From: Haliotis cracherodii
Taxonomy: Eukaryota
DNA length: 64,000 nucleotides
Reading direction: 5' to 3'
NCBI RefSeq assembly: GCF_022045235.1
Contig: NW_027266273.1
Span: forward strand, 4,712,001 to 4,776,000
This document shows positions 63,801-64,000 of this stretch, piece by piece. Numbering within the stretch: position 1 is the first letter of the stretch; every line of letters begins with the position of its first letter. Both the position numbers and the translations under genes were made by a program. The notes under the pieces are model-generated. The model was given only the letters and a program-made list of their open reading frames with translations. It was not told the DNA's origin and did not search any database.

Positions 63801-63854
63801 TGGCCTACAGTCTGGCTGGCCGCTGCAAGTGCTCCGGGTCACTCAGAGTCATTG
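246..63854 (+). CDS. Giant titin/twitchin-family muscle protein kinase gene, partial (multi-exon; FN3 x23-Ig-Ig-FN3-kinase-regulatory tail-Ig x5; continues beyond both window ends)
   Basis: Chain of GT-AG exons with compatible phases. FN3 signature PxPP...W.PP..DGG..I..Y.(I/V)E...W...Y.FRV.A.N..G; I-set Ig signature (W.K.G...D.G.Y.C.A.N); CAMK-group kinase of the MLCK/twitchin type. Confidence 0.95.
672..977 (+). CDS. FN3 exon 2
   Basis: ttgcag|AACGA...TTCA|gtaagt; ERPSPPTPP...PRSPF. Confidence 0.93.
1953..2227 (+). mobile_element. tRNA-derived SINE family B (~275 bp)
   Basis: tRNA-like head, TTTCCTCCCACA core, (ACTC)n tail; TSD GGTCTGTCRACA at 1941-1952 and 2228-2239; homologous to 43245 and 63054. 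Confidence 0.85.
2784..3089 (+). CDS. FN3 exon 3
   Basis: tacag|ATGTG...CCAG|gttaag; DVPSAPEGP...PREKP. Confidence 0.92.
3532..3831 (+). CDS. FN3 exon 4
   Basis: ctctag|CTCCT...CCAG|gtgag; APPLAPIGP...PCRPP. Confidence 0.92.
4274..4579 (+). CDS. FN3 exon 5
   Basis: aacag|AGGTT...TATG|gtgag; EVPSRPVGP...IKSPY. Confidence 0.93.
4817..5119 (+). CDS. FN3 exon 6
   Basis: tttcag|ATGTT...CTCA|gtaagt; DVPSAPKFL...PQKHL. Confidence 0.93.
5308..5479 (+). mobile_element. tRNA-derived SINE family A (~170 bp)
   Basis: A box TAGCCTAGTGG, B box-like GATTCGATTCC, (ACTC)n tail; at least 10 further copies in the window. Confidence 0.85.
5916..6218 (+). CDS. FN3 exon 7
   Basis: aacag|GAGTT...ATTG|gtaag; VPGPPEAL...FDKPI. 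Confidence 0.93.
6622..6927 (+). CDS. FN3 exon 8
   Basis: ttacag|TTGCT...TACT|gtgagt; VAPSPPVGP...AKSPY. Confidence 0.93.
7231..7533 (+). CDS. FN3 exon 9
   Basis: gacag|CACCA...CCAA|gttagt; PPGPPESI...PMREP. Confidence 0.92.
7895..8194 (+). CDS. FN3 exon 10
   Basis: tttcag|AGCCT...CCAG|gtcagt; PPGIPIGP...PHRPP. Confidence 0.93.
8851..9153 (+). CDS. FN3 exon 11
   Basis: atccag|GTGCA...TTTG|gtaggc; GAPGKPVGP...VKSPF. Confidence 0.92.
9376..9681 (+). CDS. FN3 exon 12
   Basis: ttcag|ATGTA...AAAG|gtaggt; DVPSPPVGP...PSKKK. Confidence 0.93.
10242..10547 (+). CDS. FN3 exon 13
   Basis: ccacag|ATGTA...GTCA|gtgagt; DVPEAPAYIYPGRVSDSSVTIDW...KTVV. Confidence 0.92.
11150..11455 (+). CDS. FN3 exon 14
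   Basis: ccccag|AGCCA...TACA|gtaagt; PPSPPEGP...PKSPY. Confidence 0.93.
11550..11659 (+). mobile_element. SINE family A, 5'-truncated
   Basis: catgggtacaatgtgtgaagcccatttctggtgtcccc body and ACTC tail. Confidence 0.8.
11893..12198 (+). CDS. FN3 exon 15
   Basis: ttccag|ATGTG...GCAG|gtccgt (weak donor, but gives the standard 306 nt); VPSPPVGP...CRRQA. Confidence 0.88.
12603..12908 (+). CDS. FN3 exon 16
   Basis: cctag|AACCC...CTTG|gtaagt; EPPGPPSGR...PIRPL. Confidence 0.93.
13000..13008 (+). CDS. Candidate 9-nt microexon (EAP) between two duplicated introns
   Basis: ttaactag|AAGCTCCAG|gtaagt; phase 1-1 and frame-preserving; the flanking introns 12909-12999 and 13009-13103 are diverged copies of each other. 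Confidence 0.5.
13104..13412 (+). CDS. FN3 exon 17
   Basis: aaccag|AGGCT...TTTG|gtgag; EAPGAPRGP...AKSQF. Confidence 0.92.
13693..13995 (+). CDS. FN3 exon 18
   Basis: tgttag|ATGTT...GTTG|gtgagt; DVPSPPSRL...PERPV. Confidence 0.92.
14651..14953 (+). CDS. FN3 exon 19
   Basis: gcacag|ATCTA...AAGG|gtgagt; DLPGPPEDL...PSKQK. Confidence 0.92.
15302..15465 (+). CDS. FN3 domain 20, N-terminal half (phase 1-0; absent from ORF track)
   Basis: cctcag|GTAAA...GCAAG|gtcagt; GKPSRPVGPLQCSNITDDSVKLSWLPPESDGGSRLTGYIVEKSDIRRPTWLRVGK. Confidence 0.9.
15890..16031 (+). CDS. FN3 domain 20, C-terminal half (phase 0-1; absent from ORF track)
   Basis: ttctag|GTTGAT...TACG|gtaagg; VDPDTTTLKVENLLDNVGYFFRVMAENAVGVGQPLDNESPIIPKSPY. 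Confidence 0.9.
16241..16546 (+). CDS. FN3 exon 21
   Basis: ttttag|GTCCA...TTTG|gtaagt; GPPGAPTGP...PKRVF. Confidence 0.92.
17660..18150. repeat. Degenerate tandem repeat, ~155-175 bp unit, about 3 copies
   Basis: Recurring agagtta(c/t)ctccccttcaa(a/g)tgagtgt near 17665, 17821 and 17995. Confidence 0.75.
18170..18334 (+). mobile_element. SINE family A
   Basis: Full head (GGTTCGATTCCC) and tail; imperfect flanking repeat ctcatt(c)gtgtc. Confidence 0.88.
19833..20002 (+). CDS. Candidate alternative terminal exon encoding a diverged C-terminal half FN3 and a stop
   Basis: Strong acceptor tgtttctctgtttctccag in phase 1; EYAGNSWLRQANLQPCINVYMIQNLTRYEYIYRVYADNPLSSVWDSIDLSSIAGRF*; AATAAA at 20881 and 21105. 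Confidence 0.6.
21246..21747. mobile_element. MITE-like element with ~23-bp terminal inverted repeats
   Basis: tcattaaaatcagatcttagttc ... gaactaagatttgattttaatga; TGATCTCAAAG repeated a few nt outside both ends. Confidence 0.6.
23196..23549 (+). mobile_element. Tc1/mariner-type MITE (TA TSD, CCGTA terminus)
   Basis: ta|ccgtattcgac...cttattacgtcgataatgg|ta; an inverted copy lies at 56236-56562. Confidence 0.75.
23550..23990. repeat. Minisatellite, 73-77 bp unit, about 5.5 copies
   Basis: (c/t)agctgtatgtcagcaatac...gaacagaggcttaacattggccata repeated. Confidence 0.9.
24991..25057 (+). CDS. Candidate alternative first coding exon (phase 1) for a kinase-containing short isoform
   Basis: caacATGG context; MEGKRASSSRSWEVHKISADSA+T|gtaaag (modest donor); upstream CCAAT 24826, GGGTGTGG 24853, TCAGTT 24880. 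Confidence 0.3.
25192..25391 (+). mobile_element. Diverged SINE family A with expanded (ACTC)12 tail
   Basis: Degenerate head and body; pure ACTC microsatellite 25343-25391. Confidence 0.8.
27825..28290. repeat. Minisatellite, 35-bp unit, about 13 copies
   Basis: aaacaggttcagtacagctgtatgatataattat(a/g) repeated. Confidence 0.95.
28573..28733 (+). mobile_element. SINE family A
   Basis: Homology to 5308 and 46173 copies; B box GGTTCGATTCCC. Confidence 0.82.
29280..29576 (+). CDS. FN3 exon 22
   Basis: ttgcag|CTCCA...AAAG|gtagg; PPEAPASL...LKAKK; lacks the DGG loop (PEDDDSITGY). Confidence 0.9.
30813..31118 (+). CDS. FN3 exon 23
   Basis: ttacag|AACCA...ATCG|gtaaat; EPPSRIPDSP...CRETI. Confidence 0.9.
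31270..31381 (+). CDS. Ig (I-set) domain A, N-half
   Basis: tttcag|TGACG...ACATG|gtaaga; VTEAPKFVQEFGDLDIPVGEEARFVCQVTGLPNPEVTW. Confidence 0.9.
31555..31727 (+). CDS. Ig domain A, C-half
   Basis: ctccag|GTACA...CTGG|gtaagt; YKDYCEV...DSGDIECQAKNRYG...LNVL. Confidence 0.9.
32041..32328 (+). CDS. Ig domain B
   Basis: ttcag|CACCC...GTTG|gtcagt; APARIDLPP...WKKNG...DEGEYTLEVQN. Confidence 0.92.
32727..33079 (+). mobile_element. tRNA-derived SINE family C (~350 bp), full length
   Basis: A box TGGTCTAGTGG, B box GGTTCGATCCCC, core TCATACCAAAAGACGTTAAAAGATGGTAC (from memory resembles the MetaSINE domain; unverified); perfect TSD TCTATGTTCCCT at 32715-32726 and 33080-33091. Confidence 0.88.
33327..33647 (+). 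CDS. Pre-kinase FN3 plus start of N-linker
   Basis: cctcag|ATCGA...CTAT|gtaagg; DRPDRPGKPEI...VVDYDNL. Confidence 0.92.
34018..34108 (+). CDS. Kinase N-linker and subdomain I start
   Basis: atacag|ATGAT...GGAAG|gtcagt; YDADFTGTPVDVSRIRGDILSKYIICEELGR. Confidence 0.88.
34266..34466 (+). CDS. Kinase exon (Gly loop, catalytic Lys, alphaC)
   Basis: tacag|AGGTG...GAACT|gtgagt; GAFGVVHRAVERATGKNWAAKFI...HEIDIMNRLHHKKLLQLHEAF...ILE; absent from ORF track. Confidence 0.93.
34490..34701 (+). mobile_element. SINE-like family D, 3'-truncated
   Basis: gaagattccggggtagaataggtcttcagcaacccatgcttgccgtaaaaggcgacta start shared with 39028, 61021 and 40543 (minus). Confidence 0.8.
34980..35121 (+). CDS. Kinase exon (GGELF to HLDLK)
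   Basis: ttgcag|ACTGA...CAAG|gtcagt; LSGGELFDRL...IIHLDLK. Confidence 0.95.
35467..35617 (+). mobile_element. SINE family A
   Basis: Full head, internal deletion near the tail; tacctaaa repeated on both flanks. Confidence 0.85.
35704..35903 (+). CDS. Kinase exon (PEN, DFG, APE, DMW)
   Basis: aacag|CCAGAG...GTCCT|gtaagt; PENVMC...IDFGLA...KVLFGTAEFCAPE...TDMWSLGV. Confidence 0.95.
35956..36216 (-). mobile_element. SINE family C, headless, antisense
   Basis: Reverse complement of 32800-33079. Confidence 0.8.
36360..36512 (+). CDS. Kinase exon (subdomains X-XI)
   Basis: gtccag|ACTGA...AAGAA|gtgagt; LSGYSPFAGE...EARDFINKLL. Confidence 0.93.
36795..36840 (+). CDS. Kinase C-terminal exon
   Basis: tttcag|GCAGAGG...TTGAAT|gtaagt; QRMTIDEALAHPWLN. 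Confidence 0.92.
37169..37467. mobile_element. Tc1/mariner-type MITE (TA-CCGTA...TACGG-TA)
   Basis: taccgtatttacc...gggcgcttattacggcaaatacggta; termini related to the 23196 element. Confidence 0.7.
37877..38035 (+). mobile_element. SINE family A, diverged
   Basis: Recognisable head and catgggtacaatgtgtgaa body. Confidence 0.7.
39028..39297 (+). mobile_element. SINE-like family D, complete insertion
   Basis: TSD CTTTTA(T/G)CACAAAA at 39014-39027 and 39298-39311; (AAC/AAAC)n tail. Confidence 0.85.
39494..39602. mobile_element. Small hairpin MITE with GGGCCC termini
   Basis: gggcccac...acaaagcgctctaagcgttaaga / tcttagcgctaagatcgctttttgt...gtgggccc; related remnant near 43565. Confidence 0.55.
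39940..39978 (+). CDS. Candidate 39-nt cassette exon after the kinase core (phase 0-0)
   Basis: tttttgctcccgcag|CCC...GAT|gtaagt; PRPKTDLDLDVTD. Confidence 0.55.
40543..40770 (-). mobile_element. SINE-like family D, antisense
   Basis: Reverse complement of the 39028 element; ends about 65 nt before the acceptor at 40836. Confidence 0.82.
40836..40916 (+). CDS. Kinase regulatory tail exon 1 (basic; phase 0-0)
   Basis: ttccag|GGG...AAG|gtaacg; GAAEKKLKGVKLCRQGHKDYRDRTRHK. Confidence 0.7.
41590..41692 (+). CDS. Kinase regulatory tail exon 2
   Basis: tttcag|GAG...ATGG|gtaggt; EDELDVLPIGRLSRDSAVFRK, resembling the PxGR(I/L) autoinhibitory motif of twitchin-type tails. Confidence 0.85.
42868..42985 (+). 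CDS. Post-kinase Ig1, N-half (phase 1-2)
   Basis: ccacag|AACTG...ATGTG|gtaagt; ELPEHAPIVYEELDDVTGYEGSRTQLACKIIGKPAAEIMW. Confidence 0.88.
43245..43512 (+). mobile_element. SINE family B
   Basis: TSD TCATTGTAAGAG; B box GGTTCGAATTCC; shared tail. Confidence 0.88.
44260..44465 (-). mobile_element. SINE family B, antisense, diverged
   Basis: ttaatgtgggaggaaagc...tgatgcaggt is the reverse complement of the family B core. Confidence 0.7.
44690..44975. repeat. Minisatellite, 41-bp unit (two ~20-bp subunits), about 7 copies
   Basis: ggaagacatggttttactggggaagatgtgtggtgttatgg repeated. Confidence 0.95.
45506..45561 (+). CDS. Candidate alternative first exon (phase 2; second in-frame donor at 45693)
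   Basis: gccATG MSGYSGWGPVYEDFYSTM+AG|gtatga; frame stays open to TACAG|gtaaat at 45693, also phase 2. Confidence 0.4.
45900..46590. repeat. Diverged minisatellite, ~54-bp unit, interrupted by a SINE
   Basis: cttataagccactgtaacagatatgttatt...caataccatct repeated on both sides of the SINE at 46173. Confidence 0.85.
46173..46342 (+). mobile_element. SINE family A, young full-length copy
   Basis: Perfect 14-bp TSD TATAGGCCACTATA at 46159-46172 and 46343-46356; intact A and B boxes. Confidence 0.92.
46820..46860 (+). CDS. Candidate alternative first exon (phase 2)
   Basis: MTGIMVVFVENEL+AC|gtaagt; in-frame TGA just upstream. Confidence 0.3.
47422..47450 (+). CDS. Candidate alternative first exon (phase 2)
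   Basis: MLGLTAYVV+AG|gtatgt. Confidence 0.25.
48727..48892 (+). mobile_element. SINE family A
   Basis: Full length, moderately diverged, ACTC tail. Confidence 0.82.
50312..50358 (+). CDS. Candidate alternative first exon (phase 2)
   Basis: MMRILVGWSVLYDSP+AG|gtacgt. Confidence 0.25.
51148..51350 (+). mobile_element. SINE-like family D, degenerate
   Basis: tgaagatc...gactaac...gatcaatgctcatgatgtca...tttacagaccgc. Confidence 0.6.
53856..54658 (+). CDS. Large alternative first coding exon: about 267-aa acidic E/D/V-rich N-terminus spliced to the C-terminal Ig domains
   Basis: Longest ORF in the window, with biased protein-like composition; in-frame TAG at 53841 before atcATG; donor GAAAG|gtgcgt in phase 2, matching the acceptor at 57492. 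Confidence 0.7.
54818..54850. repeat. (GAT)11 microsatellite
   Basis: Perfect trinucleotide run. Confidence 0.95.
56236..56562 (-). mobile_element. Tc1/mariner-type MITE, second copy of the 23196 element
   Basis: Reverse-complement similarity along its length (aataagtgccccgctctaataagcg...cctatttctaattttgagag). Confidence 0.78.
56791..56954 (+). mobile_element. SINE family A
   Basis: TSD TTGTAACTGTT at 56779-56789 and 56955-56965. Confidence 0.9.
57492..57664 (+). CDS. Post-kinase Ig1, C-half (phase 2-1)
   Basis: ttccag|GTTGAAAGAT...GAAG|gtcagt; LKDGEEV...DGGKYTCRATNSFG...LKVE. Confidence 0.93.
57895..57940 (+). CDS. Basic linker exon
   Basis: ttttacag|AAGTT...CTCAA|gtgagt; EVRHRRRKKAEEAKL; required to join phase 1 to phase 2. 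Confidence 0.82.
58210..58325 (+). mobile_element. SINE family A, 3'-truncated
   Basis: Head and body present, tail missing. Confidence 0.75.
58524..58636 (+). CDS. Linker plus post-kinase Ig2, N-part
   Basis: ccgcag|ACAA...ACAG|gtatgt; QLKKEVSEVEADIPPEFTLPLIDQVAPVGDSIELTVT. Confidence 0.85.
59392..59595 (+). CDS. Post-kinase Ig2, C-part
   Basis: tcacag|TGACA...CTTG|gtaagt; VTCRPEAEVDFY...DAGEWSCQATNAFG. Confidence 0.9.
59952..60078 (+). CDS. Post-kinase Ig3, N-half
   Basis: ctacag|ACTCT...GAATG|gtaaga; KPRFTRGL...LKCRVTGLPQPQIEW. Confidence 0.9.
60678..60853 (+). CDS. Post-kinase Ig3, C-half
   Basis: ttccag|GTACA...CAGA|gtaagt; YKDRQRI...DTGSYMCRAVNEAG. Confidence 0.92.
61021..61268 (+). 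mobile_element. SINE-like family D
   Basis: Near full-length match to the 39028 copy. Confidence 0.82.
61519..61751 (+). CDS. Linker plus post-kinase Ig4, N-part
   Basis: ttgcag|AGGTG...CTG|gtaagt; APDFTVKL...CSVTGIPDPTIKWYKDG. Confidence 0.92.
62471..62594 (+). CDS. Post-kinase Ig4, C-part
   Basis: ttacag|AACAAC...CAGT|gtatgt; NNYGLLSLEI...DSGCYTCEASN. Confidence 0.92.
62703..62838 (+). CDS. Post-kinase Ig5, N-half
   Basis: ccccag|GCCTG...AAATG|gtaaga; RPRFLNPLGDICIREGEDAVFECTATGKPSPSFKW. Confidence 0.9.
63054..63335 (+). mobile_element. SINE family B
   Basis: B box GGTTCGAATCCC; flanking repeat ACTCACTCTACACCT overlapping the ACTC tail. Confidence 0.88.
63385..63432. repeat. (GCTGAT)n-like microsatellite
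   Basis: gttgctgctgatgttgctgttgatgctgatgctgatgctgatgctgatgat. Confidence 0.8.
63679..63854 (+). CDS. Post-kinase Ig5, C-half
   Basis: tgccag|GCAAAAG...ATTG|gtgagt; QKDVREV...DSGLYVCVAYSLAG; the phase-1 donor shows the gene continues. Confidence 0.9.
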
Positions 63855-64000
63855 GTGAGTTGGCAGTTCCAACTGCATCAACATTAATGTGACATCATCA
63901 CAATGGTTTAATTAGAATTAGTGTCATATCTTCAGTGTATGATTGGTAGGGTGAAGAAACGTGTGTAATGAAAGTGGTACTCGATTCCTCGAGTTAAATA

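Noticed and set aside
246-63854. Assigning a gene symbol (unc-22/twitchin, TTN, MYLK)
   Set aside because: The family is clear but orthology is not; the all-FN3 rod and activation segment do not fit canonical twitchin, so a phylogeny is needed.

Overview
Eukaryotic, intron-rich animal genomic DNA, most likely a mollusc; the SINE repertoire and (ACTC)n tails suggest a gastropod such as abalone (inference). The whole window lies inside one + strand gene for a giant titin/twitchin-family muscle kinase that is open at both ends. I traced about 45 exons with GT-AG boundaries and consistent phases. Domain order is 23 consecutive FN3, Ig, Ig, FN3, N-linker, an intact MLCK/twitchin-type kinase, a regulatory tail, then at least 5 Ig. 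Notable points: (i) the FN3 rod has no Ig domains and follows a 6-domain super-repeat with a 3-domain sub-period; (ii) the two giant introns (16.5-29.3 kb, 43.0-57.5 kb) hide a phase-compatible half-FN3 terminal exon and several phase-compatible ATG-initiated first exons, including an 803-nt acidic exon, so the locus may release separate rod, kinase and telokin-like Ig-tail proteins; (iii) a whole-intron tandem duplication has created a candidate 9-nt microexon; (iv) four SINE-like families, MITEs and minisatellites fill the introns, and the (ACTC)n-tailed SINEs are strongly biased to the sense strand. All isoform claims are predictions from sequence and need transcript data.
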